A stretch of DNA of 64,000 nt, from positions 637 to 64,636 of the IMG/VR virus record IMGVR_UViG_3300009661_000001. One strand, written 5' to 3'. This DNA is from a virus. Below are positions 11,413-21,244 of this stretch, piece after piece. A model generated the notes under the pieces. That model worked only from the letters and a program-made list of their open reading frames with translations. It ran no database searches and was not told the origin of the DNA. A program made the translations under genes and the position numbers. Each line of letters begins with the position of its first letter. Within the stretch, counting starts at the first letter, position 1.

Positions 11413-11856
11413 TCAGTCCCCCACGTTCACGTGAGCCAGTTTGATTTCAACTGTCTCGGTACGTATAGGATTCTTTGCATACGTCATTTCAGAATACAGA
11501 TCGTACTCGCCGTTTTTTACCGAACTAGGAATTTTAACGACAAGATTGCCAAATTCTTTGCCAGATGCCAACTCTTGGGGGTACGAATAGACAGTAACTC
11601 CATTCGCATCAACGAGACGCATCTTGTAAAGAACTTGGCCAGGTAATTCAACTGCCACCAGATCAATCGTATTTCTGCCTTGCGTAACATGATGTGTTTC
11701 ATGCGACGCCACAAACGTTGCCTTCATCCCACCTCCCGCGACCCAATAAGCAGAAAGCGCTAATAGGCCGGGAACGCATATCAAGGTGGAGACGGTCCAT
11801 CCTGCGGACCACCATGCCTTGATTTTCAAACCAACTGAAACAGGAATGAGATTCAT
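11413..11856 (-). CDS. Membrane-anchored beta-sandwich protein in the lysis cassette (paralog)
   Basis: Hydrophobic N-terminus; GEYDLYSEMTYAKNPIR. Confidence 0.55.
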   Translation of the reverse strand: MNLIPVSVGLKIKAWWSAGWTVSTLICVPGLLALSAYWVAGGGMKATFVASHETHHVTQGRNTIDLVAVELPGQVLYKMRLVDANGVTVYSYPQELASGKEFGNLVVKIPSSVKNGEYDLYSEMTYAKNPIRTETVEIKLAHVNVGD

Positions 11857-12179
11857 TTGTTAGCCTCTTTATCTTCAGGGATTTGAGGTACGCCGAGTTT
11901 CGCACGGAAGATGGCGATGAATTCCTTCCATGCCTTGTTACCCATTAGACCACCAACTGCAATCATGATGGCACTCATGGGGCCGTGGATGTTGGCTGAC
12001 TCGCAAAACCAAAAAGTCATAACGCCAGTAAAACCAGAAGTAATGATGTCAATGATAAGGCGACCAAAGTGGAATTTCTTTGCTGAGTTAATATATTTGA
12101 CTACTCCGCCAGCGCAGGCAACCGCAAGTACGATAACATATTGCTTTATTGGATACCCGAATGGGTTCTGCATATCCAC
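11853..12179 (-). CDS. Holin (LydA-like)
   Basis: 108 aa with about three hydrophobic segments and a basic then acidic C-terminus; GTG start after an AAGGAG RBS; first gene of the lysis cassette. Confidence 0.7.
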   Translation of the reverse strand: MDMQNPFGYPIKQYVIVLAVACAGGVVKYINSAKKFHFGRLIIDIITSGFTGVMTFWFCESANIHGPMSAIMIAVGGLMGNKAWKEFIAIFRAKLGVPQIPEDKEANK

Positions 12180-12247
12180 TAGAGTCTCCTTCGTAAATAA
12201 GATAAAATTGAGACAGTAAATAGTTAAAAACCTCTTACAGGACGATC

Positions 12248-13096
12248 ATGGAACGCTTGCTAGTGATAGATGGGAATTGGTACTTACACAGATGCTTTTT
12301 TACACTCAAAACATCACGACCAATTGAGGACGTTTTGCCTATGAATTTTGTAGGCTTAGTATGCAAAGATGCAGCAGCGGTAAAAGCAACACACCTGCTC
12401 ATTGCGTTCGACGGACCAAATGTTTTCCGCTATAAACTTTACCCAGAATATAAGGCGAATAGAGGAGGTGGTAAGAATGATTCGGAAGAGGAGGGCGGCA
12501 AAGATATATACCAGTACTTGCCGCATGTGCGAAAGCTGGTGGAAGAACTTGGTTGGGTGTTCAAACAAAATTCTAAACACGAGGCCGACGATATTGGTGC
12601 CTCCGCAGCAGCGCAATATACCCTGCCTACTGTTATAGGAACTGCTGACAAGGATAGCTACCAATTGTTAAGCGCGCGCGTCAGGTTATACAACTCGACG
12701 ACCAAGCCGCCGATTTTCATAGACGAAAAACGAGCCGTAAAAAGAAAAGGAGTCGCCATAAATCAGATGGTCATGTTTCAGACTCTGATAGGCGACTCCA
12801 CAGATAACATACCAGAGCTTATGAGCCCTGGGAAAGCCAAAAAGATGATCCAGCAATACGGGTCGTTTAAAAAATGGTACGCGAAGGGAACCGCAGAGGA
12901 CAAACGTTGGTTAAACGTAAATACCGTCGCACTACGGTTGAATCGCAAACTTGTTGAGCTTGTTACTGACCTTGCGTTACCAGACATAGAGGAGTTGAAG
13001 GTCCCTAAGAAAACACGTCAAGGGATGACAAGAGCTTGGTACGAATATCAAGACTTCTTATACCCTAAAACCAAAGGGCTTTTTAATAAACGTTGA
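12248..13096 (+). CDS. 5'-3' exonuclease / flap endonuclease (Pol I N-terminal / T5 D15-like)
   Basis: IDGN, FDG, YPEYKANR, EADD, DKD and GDSTDNIP motifs. Confidence 0.92.
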   Translation: MERLLVIDGNWYLHRCFFTLKTSRPIEDVLPMNFVGLVCKDAAAVKATHLLIAFDGPNVFRYKLYPEYKANRGGGKNDSEEEGGKDIYQYLPHVRKLVEELGWVFKQNSKHEADDIGASAAAQYTLPTVIGTADKDSYQLLSARVRLYNSTTKPPIFIDEKRAVKRKGVAINQMVMFQTLIGDSTDNIPELMSPGKAKKMIQQYGSFKKWYAKGTAEDKRWLNVNTVALRLNRKLVELVTDLALPDIEELKVPKKTRQGMTRAWYEYQDFLYPKTKGLFNKR

Positions 13097-13919
13097 CACC
13101 CAACGTACCATTAGCGGCTGAAGCTGTTATAGAAGCATTGGCCAATACGTAACCAGATGTTACTACGTCACCTGAGTACGTGTATTGCGCAATGTGATTT
13201 CCTGTCGCTAATGCAAAAAAACCATTTGTGCTAGTACCGCACCCTGTCTGAGCCAAATCGCCGAGAACACTACCAGAACTACTAGAATCAGACGAGAAGG
13301 TATATTTGATAGGTGCCGTACTGTTGCTGTTGGTACATATCAAACCTACTACACCATTACTTATGGCCCCACCAGGTGTAGGACTGTAGCCCAAAGATGT
13401 GGTTGTCGACACTGCGTCGCCGGCATAGGTATATTTGTTTGGCAGCTGCGGGCTTAAAACAGGGGTAATAAATATACCGACTGTTTTACTTCCGAATGCA
13501 GTTATGTGCCCGCCGTTGCCTGTTGTTCCCAAAGCGGTTCCTGATGCAACAGACTCTGGGCTATAGGTAAACTTGGACGTTGCATTACTTGTTCTGCTGC
13601 CAGCGACTATACCTAACGTTTTATTACCAACGGCACCTCCACTAAGACCAGTAGCTATCAATGAAGCTGACGTAGTTACCGCAGCATTGGAAAAAGCGTA
13701 CGACTTTGTCGGTAACTGGCTATCGAATATAAAAATACCGCGTGAGTTGGGACCAAATCCACTACGTGGTGTTATACCACTCCCCAGTGAAGTACTCGCC
13801 GCTGACGCTCCATTGGAGAACTGGAAGGTCGAACTTACATTTAAGTTGGCGAACAGACCTATAGTTCCGTCTGTAAGAATGACCTTCCCTGCGGAAAAGA
13901 ATTTTTTGGATAACATCAC
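13083..13919 (-). CDS. Fibre-associated repeat protein, candidate adhesin
   Basis: KYTYAGD-type repeats; start overlaps the stop of fibre 3. Confidence 0.6.
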   Translation of the reverse strand: MMLSKKFFSAGKVILTDGTIGLFANLNVSSTFQFSNGASAASTSLGSGITPRSGFGPNSRGIFIFDSQLPTKSYAFSNAAVTTSASLIATGLSGGAVGNKTLGIVAGSRTSNATSKFTYSPESVASGTALGTTGNGGHITAFGSKTVGIFITPVLSPQLPNKYTYAGDAVSTTTSLGYSPTPGGAISNGVVGLICTNSNSTAPIKYTFSSDSSSSGSVLGDLAQTGCGTSTNGFFALATGNHIAQYTYSGDVVTSGYVLANASITASAANGTLGVNVY

Positions 13920-16258
13920 ATCACCCGCGCATAAATTGTCGTACCACCATTGTCGGTAAAGAAGACAACAAAATCCGTGCCGGATGACTGGAAGTTTGTG
14001 GTCCCTCGTTGATTAGTCATGTAGGTAGCGAATGAGGTGGTAAATGTACCATCCGGATTAACCCAAGTAACTGCGGCTGGGAATGTATGGGTAGCAAGCC
14101 CTGCGTTTACCAGCCGCATTTGCACCTCTGCATAAACGTTCGCAGCAGGCCAACCACCAATAGTCCAGGTACAAGCGCCACCAGTGAATGTTACTGCCTG
14201 CACGTTTGCAGTAGCCTGAGACAAGCTAACTCCTGCACCAGAAGCTAAGGTGCCAATGTTAACGAACGTCATGCGGATACCTGTCGCAACACCGTTGGTA
14301 ATATTCAGTTTAGTAGCGTCACCAGGTATCGTAACGTTCCCGCTACCATCAGGACTTATTCCATTAACAGTCAGCAGAGTTGCTTTCAATGTACCATCGA
14401 CAGCAACAGAAAGACCGGTGCTGACCTTCACGCCACCTAATGTAGTAGTGGTAGCAACAGGCAACGTGTAGGTAGAAGTTGCATTCACGGTTCCATCACC
14501 TGCTATCGAAAGCCCTGTACCGATCTTGATACCGCCCAATACGGAACTTGAGGCGATTGGGAGGGCGTAAGTAGCACTGAGAGTTCCGTCACCAGCTACC
14601 GCCAAACCAGTACCTACTTTCACTCCGCCTAAAACAGAGGTAGTAGCCGTCGGTAGCGTATAGGTCGAGGTCACACTAAGCGTACCGTCCCCTGTCACAG
14701 CCAGACCACTCCCTACCTTTACCTGCCCCAAAACCGTTGCTGTAGCAATAGTCGATCCTGTAGCCACTTGCTGCCATGCAGACCATACGGTACCAGTAGA
14801 CTTGCGCCAAAATTGATCGTTGGCAGTTGTCCAACGCTGCACAGAATTACCACTACCTCCAACCGTAAGGGGGATAACCTCTAGCGTGGCATCCAGGCCC
14901 ACAATAGAAGGCGCGTCCACCAGAGTTGAACTGACGGCAGCTGTTATGATGAACAAACCAGTTACAGTGTAGTTGTTCATATCCGCGCCGGACGGAATTA
15001 CTGTTGGGTTTATGAGACCAATAACAGAAGCGGCAAGGGTGACGTTACCACTCGCGTCTGGGCTCAAGCCATTGACTTTCTTAACAGGTGCAAAACCCAA
15101 ATCGATTACGTCAGTACCAGTGATTACGATATTGCCGTTTGTTGGTAACTTAGCACCACCGCGTACCGACAACGACATTGGTGGTAGTACATAAGCTGGT
15201 GGTGCACCAATCAAATCAGAGTACAAACCGCTTTTACCTACCGCAGAAAGACCTGGCAGATTTGTAGCATTGATGATAACGTCACCAACCATACCGTTCA
15301 CAGAAGTCACCGCACCGATAGAGTGTGGATCGACGGAGCAGGTGCCGTCGGGTTGCACGATCAAACCTGCACCAATCTTGATGCCACCAAGTACAGAGGC
15401 CGTGGCAATGGGGACCATCAAATCAATGGAGGCCGTCGCACGGGTAAACATTTGGAATTTATCACCGACTTGAGGCTCTATGGCTAGCGGTGTATTGAAA
15501 CTCAGGGTCGCTGTGGTGCCACTGACGATAGTGGTCTTCACATAACGGCAGATCGAGTACAGAGGACCTGTAATAAACTCTATGATGAGTTGCCCAAAAT
15601 AACCGGGCACCATGTTTTCAGAATAATCAGCAATGCCAATCGTAATCGAATGGCTGTCGAACCCTATGACTGTTGCCGATAAAATGGTCGAGTACTGGTA
15701 TACGTCAAAGTTCCACAGCCCCTGGCGGTCCGTGTAGGCCAATAGTGGGCTTTGTTGCGTAGTTGCCCCCTGTATAATGTACATATTTGGTGTAGCGTCA
15801 GCCGACGGCGGCAATACATCGGGCGAACTCAAAGCTGCTACACGAAATTGATTGTTGGACTCCGCAAGGTCAAACCACATCAGGTAATTGTCACCTACCA
15901 TCGAAAGGTAGACGTCAATGCGTATCGAATTACCGACGGTCAAACCGACTGCTGTTTTGGCAATCAATTCAGTTGACACGCCAAGGGCGAACAAGTTACC
16001 AGCTTGGTACAGGCCGAATTCACCGAAGTCGTATGGACCAGCATTGTAATCGAGGTATATTGAATATTTGACGACGTTAGCATTAGCCGCAGCTGGTGCC
16101 GACGGCGCGCCTTGTGCTATCAGCGAACCGTGGATATCAACGTCGGTAGGCAGCGGTACGTAGTTATAGGCTGATCCTAACTTGAAGGTGTCGAGCGTTA
16201 TCGGACCAGCGGAGGATTGCAGTTGGGCCACTGCGTAATTTGTCAGTTGTACGAACAT
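13916..16258 (-). CDS. Tail fibre protein 3
   Basis: ~280-aa N-terminal anchor domain shared with fibre 4; LPxATxxxLGGVKVGxGL repeats; C-terminal domain shared with fibre 4 (...TIYARVM). Confidence 0.85.
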   Translation of the reverse strand: MFVQLTNYAVAQLQSSAGPITLDTFKLGSAYNYVPLPTDVDIHGSLIAQGAPSAPAAANANVVKYSIYLDYNAGPYDFGEFGLYQAGNLFALGVSTELIAKTAVGLTVGNSIRIDVYLSMVGDNYLMWFDLAESNNQFRVAALSSPDVLPPSADATPNMYIIQGATTQQSPLLAYTDRQGLWNFDVYQYSTILSATVIGFDSHSITIGIADYSENMVPGYFGQLIIEFITGPLYSICRYVKTTIVSGTTATLSFNTPLAIEPQVGDKFQMFTRATASIDLMVPIATASVLGGIKIGAGLIVQPDGTCSVDPHSIGAVTSVNGMVGDVIINATNLPGLSAVGKSGLYSDLIGAPPAYVLPPMSLSVRGGAKLPTNGNIVITGTDVIDLGFAPVKKVNGLSPDASGNVTLAASVIGLINPTVIPSGADMNNYTVTGLFIITAAVSSTLVDAPSIVGLDATLEVIPLTVGGSGNSVQRWTTANDQFWRKSTGTVWSAWQQVATGSTIATATVLGQVKVGSGLAVTGDGTLSVTSTYTLPTATTSVLGGVKVGTGLAVAGDGTLSATYALPIASSSVLGGIKIGTGLSIAGDGTVNATSTYTLPVATTTTLGGVKVSTGLSVAVDGTLKATLLTVNGISPDGSGNVTIPGDATKLNITNGVATGIRMTFVNIGTLASGAGVSLSQATANVQAVTFTGGACTWTIGGWPAANVYAEVQMRLVNAGLATHTFPAAVTWVNPDGTFTTSFATYMTNQRGTTNFQSSGTDFVVFFTDNGGTTIYARVM
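14385..14750 (-). repeat. Four ~31-aa tandem repeats in fibre 3
   Basis: PxAxxxxLGGVKVGxGLxVxxDGTL units; boundaries approximate. Confidence 0.8.
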
Positions 16259-16268
16259 TTGAATTCCT

Positions 16269-17147
16269 TTAAGTGTTTACGCCGCTTATGCCATTACTGA
16301 CGGCTGCCGGAGCTGCTGTGTTTATGCTATTAAATAAGGTACTTGCTGCGGTAGTGTTTGCACTGTAGTTGTAGACATTAACGTCACCAACCGTTGTCAT
16401 TGAAAATACCCCCACAGTACCGTTACCTGCGGCTTTAAGGCTGTTACCATTTACAGTAAGCATAGAAGTTGCGGGTGCAACAGTCTCAGAAGCCCACGTG
16501 TAGCTATTGGTTGTTTTTGTCGCGGCTACACCACCCACAAGTATTATACCTTTGGTGGAATTACTACACGAGGCACCATTAAACGAAGCGTTCACTAAAG
16601 CAGTTGCCGGTGCTACGGAGTCGTCGGCATAATAATAATTTTCTGTGGTGGTATTTCCACCTGCACCCCCGAACACCACAAGATTTCTATTTGCGTCTCC
16701 GCAAGAAGTACCGCTGTTAATATTGGTTGTCAACAAAGACCCGGGTGCTATCACGTCTCCGGCATATGTATATTTGGCTGTTATAGCATTACCACTGCCT
16801 GAGGAGGCACCGAAAAGACCGAGAGTTGAATTACCAAATCCGGTACCACCAGTACCCGTCGTTAACCCTAATGACGCTGTGTTGGACGCCACCAACGATG
16901 AAAACACCAGTTTACCAGAGGCCGCTACGGACCCTGATACAAGGAATATTCCCATAATGGTATTTGAAGCACCAACCCGAGGTGCTGATTGGGTAAGATT
17001 GGGTCCTGTAGCTATGGTGTTGTCGGCGAATGTATAGCGAGTGGTGGAGTTTGTCCCACTTGTGCCTGTTTTATAGTAACCATACGTCCCATCTGTAGGT
17101 GGAGGTGTTACCGAAATGCCTTTGTGTAAGTATTTTTTGAGCAGCAT
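16269..17147 (-). CDS. Fibre-associated repeat protein, candidate adhesin
   Basis: TxKYTYAxD repeats; TAATG overlap with the stop of fibre 4. Confidence 0.6.
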   Translation of the reverse strand: MLLKKYLHKGISVTPPPTDGTYGYYKTGTSGTNSTTRYTFADNTIATGPNLTQSAPRVGASNTIMGIFLVSGSVAASGKLVFSSLVASNTASLGLTTGTGGTGFGNSTLGLFGASSGSGNAITAKYTYAGDVIAPGSLLTTNINSGTSCGDANRNLVVFGGAGGNTTTENYYYADDSVAPATALVNASFNGASCSNSTKGIILVGGVAATKTTNSYTWASETVAPATSMLTVNGNSLKAAGNGTVGVFSMTTVGDVNVYNYSANTTAASTLFNSINTAAPAAVSNGISGVNT

Positions 17148-19989
17148 TACATCACCCGCGCGAAGATTGTTGTACCACCGTCTATGGACCAGAATATTGC
17201 AAAGTCAGTACCAGAGGTCTGGAAGTTCGTTGCACCAGTACGTTGATTACCGATGTATGTCGTGAATGAGGTGGTAGTGGTTCCGTCAGGATTTACCCAG
17301 TGAACTGCCGCAGGAAATGCGTGGGTTGCGAGGCCAGCGTTGGTCAGGAAAAACTCAATCTCACCATATGCCCCTGCAACAAAACCACTGAAGGTCCATG
17401 TCGCAGCGCCACCAGTAAATGTCGCACTATTCACGTTAGCAGTGACCAGATTACCAGGCACTGACGATCCTATTGTACCAATAGCATTGACCTTCAGTTG
17501 CAAACCCTGTGCAACACCACTTACGATGTTAAGTTTACCTGAGACATCAACCGGTGTCACCGAGATAGTGCCGTCGCCTGCAAGGTTAATACCGGTACCT
17601 ACTTTCACACCACCTAGCGTCAACGCTGTTGCAGGCGGCAACGTGTAGGTCGAACTAACGTTGAGCGTACCGTCTCCACCAATCGTTAATCCAGTGCCCA
17701 CTTTCACGCCACCAAGCAACGTAGTCGATGCTATCGGTAGTGTGTACCCACCAGTCGAAGACAACACACCGTTGCCGTCGATAGTAAGACCCGTGCCCAC
17801 TTTGATAACACCCAACGATGAAGTGGTAGCTATGGGTAAAGCAACGCTTAATACGCCAGTGCCGTCCACGTTCAAACCGCTACCGACTTTCACACCACCC
17901 AAAATGGAGGCCGTAGCTATCGGCAGGTTGTACGAAGTGGTGGCAGTCAGTACACCGTTAGCGTCGATACTCAAACCACTACCGACTTTAAAGCCCCCCA
18001 ATACAGACGAGGACGCAATTGGTAGAGTGTAGGTCGAGGAGGCGGAAACGACACCGTTAGCGTCGATGCTCAAGCCAGTACCAATCTTGATACCACCCAG
18101 TACCGAACTAGACGCAGTAGGCAACTGGAAGTTCGTAGACAGTGTACCGTCTGCTTGAACAAGCAAGCCGCTACCAACTTTAATAACACCTAGAGAAGAT
18201 GAGGTTGCTATTGGCAGCGCAACACTCAATGTACCATCCGTTTGAACGTTTAGACCAGAACCCACTTTTACACCACCTAGCAGCGTAGTCGTTGCTATTG
18301 GTAGCGTTTGCGTAACACTGATGGTCCCGAATTGATCGACGGTCAAACCAGCGCCAATGCGTACACCACCTAGAACAGCGCCGGACGCTATCGGCAGGTT
18401 GTAGGCACTCGACAGTGTACCATCGACAGCAATGGCCAACCCACTGCCAACTTTGATGACACCTAACGAAGTCGTTGTGGCGATAACAGAGTTCGCTACC
18501 TGATTCCATGGACCCCAGACGCCGTTGGTAGATTTGCGCCAGAACATTGAGGTCATAGTAGACCAGCGTTGAACAGAATCACCCGTACCAGTGACACTCA
18601 GCGGAACCACCTCCAAGGTAGCAGCCTCTTCCGAAGGTGCGCTTCCAAGTACAGCAGCAACAGCAGCCGTAACAGTAAATAATCCGGTAGTGGTATAGGA
18701 ATCAAGACTGACTCCCAAAGGGATGGCTTGCGGATTCACCAAACCTATTGCGTTTATTGGGACAGTTACTAGGCCGTTTCCATCAGGTATAAAGCCATTC
18801 ACGGCCTTAACTGGTTGAAAACTCAGATCGAGTTGATCGATTCCGAAGATCGTCAGATTACCAGACGGACCCAGCCGTGCCCCACCGCGCACGCTGGTAG
18901 ACATTGGTGGTAACACGTACGGTGGAGGTGCCCCAATAAGATCGGAGTAGAGGCCAGTTTGACCTACACGCGAAAGACCAGGTAAGTTGGCAGCATTGAC
19001 GACCACAGCACCCGTTTGACCATTGACCGAGGTCACCATGCCCAGCAACGTTGGATCGATAGAACAAGTACCATCTGGTTGAACTACAGACCACGTCCGA
19101 TCTTGATAGCACCTAACGTTACTGCCGTAGCAATTGGTAGGCTAGAAGCAACAGTGGCGGCGTTGCGTTTGAAGACCTGGAATTTGTCACCTACAATTGG
19201 CTCTATGGCCAACGGTGTATTAAAACCCAACGTAGTGGTCTGCGCGTTGACAACTACGGTTTTGATGTAGCGGCAGATCGAGTAAAGCGAACCCGTCACG
19301 AACTGCAATATCAGTTGGCCAAAATAGCTTGGTGTCAAATCGCTGGAGAAATCAGCGTTAGCAATGGTAACCGACTCGCTATCAAAGCCGACGATCGGTG
19401 CGCTAAGTACCGAACTGAATTGATAGGAGTCGAAGTTCCACAGACCCTCACGATCAGTGTAGGCCAAGATGCTGCTCTGCGTTGTATCTGCGCCAGAAAT
19501 GACGTACATATTCGGCGTCGAATCTTTGGCCGGTGGCATTACATCAGGTGAGGACAACCGAGCTACTTGGAAACGATTGTTGGACTCAGCAAGATCGGCC
19601 CAAGCTTCGTAGTTGGTGCCGACCAACGAAATATACATATCGATGCGCAACGAGTTACCAGGCGTCGTGGTGTCGTTAATTTTAGTGATAGGCGTGGTGC
19701 TCGCAGCCAAACCCACCAAATTTGTGCCCAAGAACAAACCGACGTTACCGAAGTCGAAAGGACCTACGCTGTTATCCAAGAAAACGGAGTAGCGTATCAG
19801 GTTACCCGTTAAGGCTTCTGGTAGCGAAGGAATACCACCTACGGGACCAACTTGTACACCGTGTATGTCCGTATCTGACTCAGAGGGTAGAAAATTGAAG
19901 TCCGAACCCAACTTGTAAATGTTGAGGATCGGTGGTAGCGAGCTTGCGTTGAAAAGGGTTACCCCAAAATCGGTGAGTTGTACGTTCAC
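17147..19989 (-). CDS. Tail fibre protein 4, split by a 1-nt frameshift near 19086
   Basis: GTG start at 19989 after GGAGG; track ORFs 19084..20043 and 17147..19048 join into a full paralog of fibre 3 if one base is restored (IGRGL-VVQPDGTCSIDP vs IGAGLIVQPDGTCSVDP). Confidence 0.85.
17556..18487 (-). repeat. Ten ~29-33-aa tandem repeats in fibre 4
   Basis: Ten counted PIAxxxxLGGxKxGxGLxxxxxGxLS units. Confidence 0.85.
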
Positions 19990-20019
19990 GTTAATCCTCC
20001 ATAATAAACTACCATAAAA

Positions 20020-20910
20020 TTGATGCCAATGAAACCTAAACAAGTAGCGAATGAACTGCTGGCAATATATTCTCAGGCATTAGATTCGTCGTCGTTGGAC
20101 AAACAACACCCTGGTCGTATAAAAGCTATACGACCATCCCAATTACCTTTCTGCCCGGTGTCTTTTTTTATACGACATGCTACACATGGTGTATATAGAA
20201 GCATGGACATGCGTGGGAATTTCTTTGTCAACATTGGAACCAGCATGCATACTGTGTTGCAGACATTTTTGGGAAAGCATACTCATAACGGTAAGGGGGT
20301 ATTCTTAGGAGATTGGCAATGTAAGATATGCCGTAAAAAATACCCACTCTCCTTTAAAAACGAGTGCTGTGATTTTTCATGCCACTACGAAGAAATAGGA
20401 ATAGATTTTTCATTCAAAAAACACCCAACTCGAAAATTGGTGGGGCACATAGACGCAGTATACCGTGATAAGGCTGGTAACTACTGGGTGGTTGATTACA
20501 AATCAACTTCCCTTAGGGGGGCTCTTGGTAAGTCTAAAACACCGGGTGTAGTATATCAAGAACAGATAGAAACCTATGCTGCTTTTTTACGTCTTAAGTA
20601 TGGCATAAAGGTTAAAGGCATCATTTTGTTCTTTGTACCTCGCGATGATCCTAGTCAACCAGTAATGTGGACCAAAACTTTGGACATTGACGATATCAGG
20701 CGTATTATAAAAAGAACGAAACGTTACATGCGACAACACGAGGAGGTGATGAATGTCGAAACCAAAGCTGAGGCAATGGCGCTAGCAAAATATGGTTCAT
20801 GTTCAAATTATTTCTGTAAAGAATGCAAAAAACCAGACTTGAAGAGTGCCTTGTTAAGAGCATTCAAGTCTGGTTTACGTAAAAATTATTTACCGCTTAC
20901 AACCCTATAG
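20020..20910 (+). CDS. Cas4-like PD-(D/E)xK exonuclease
   Basis: Early Cys (PFCP), GTSMH, GHIDAV, VVDYKS, QIETY and C-terminal CSNYFCKEC, consistent with the Cas4/AddB Fe-S staple. Confidence 0.75.
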   Translation: MMPMKPKQVANELLAIYSQALDSSSLDKQHPGRIKAIRPSQLPFCPVSFFIRHATHGVYRSMDMRGNFFVNIGTSMHTVLQTFLGKHTHNGKGVFLGDWQCKICRKKYPLSFKNECCDFSCHYEEIGIDFSFKKHPTRKLVGHIDAVYRDKAGNYWVVDYKSTSLRGALGKSKTPGVVYQEQIETYAAFLRLKYGIKVKGIILFFVPRDDPSQPVMWTKTLDIDDIRRIIKRTKRYMRQHEEVMNVETKAEAMALAKYGSCSNYFCKECKKPDLKSALLRAFKSGLRKNYLPLTTL

Positions 20911-21025
20911 CGACAATTATTGAAATGCCACCTTTCATTAATACCACGAGGGCTGCCAGTTATACCGCAGACAGGACACGTAACGGGTGGAGGAGGCTAG
21001 TAAATAACAGCGTAAGGGAGGATAT

Positions 21026-21244
21026 ATGAATTGGATAAAGCTTTTCGATTGGTACGGCAAAAGACCTTTGCTTCGATCCTTCAGACCTGGTGCCGTACCA
21101 AATATAAAGAAGTTGCCGAATCATGGGGATGTGGCGTACAACCAAGAAGATGACTTGGTGTACGTCAATCGCTACGGCAATATTGTGACCTATAAACCGG
21201 AGCAAAAGCTATGCCCAGTGCGCAACGAAAAACCGTCTCAGTGA
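21026..21244 (+). CDS. Hypothetical protein
   Basis: GGAGG RBS before ATG; 72 aa. Confidence 0.6.
   Translation: MNWIKLFDWYGKRPLLRSFRPGAVPNIKKLPNHGDVAYNQEDDLVYVNRYGNIVTYKPEQKLCPVRNEKPSQ

Noticed and set aside
13083-20043. Invertible or DGR-driven fibre switching
   Set aside because: No invertase, reverse transcriptase, inverted recombination sites or adenine-only template/variable repeat pair seen; all fibres are co-oriented.
20020-21026. CRISPR array near the Cas4-like gene
   Set aside because: No repeat-spacer periodicity here or elsewhere; the repeats found are in-frame protein repeats.
20925-21029. 34-aa ORF overlapping the start at 21026
   Set aside because: No RBS and it spans the candidate promoter box; cannot be supported without conservation data.
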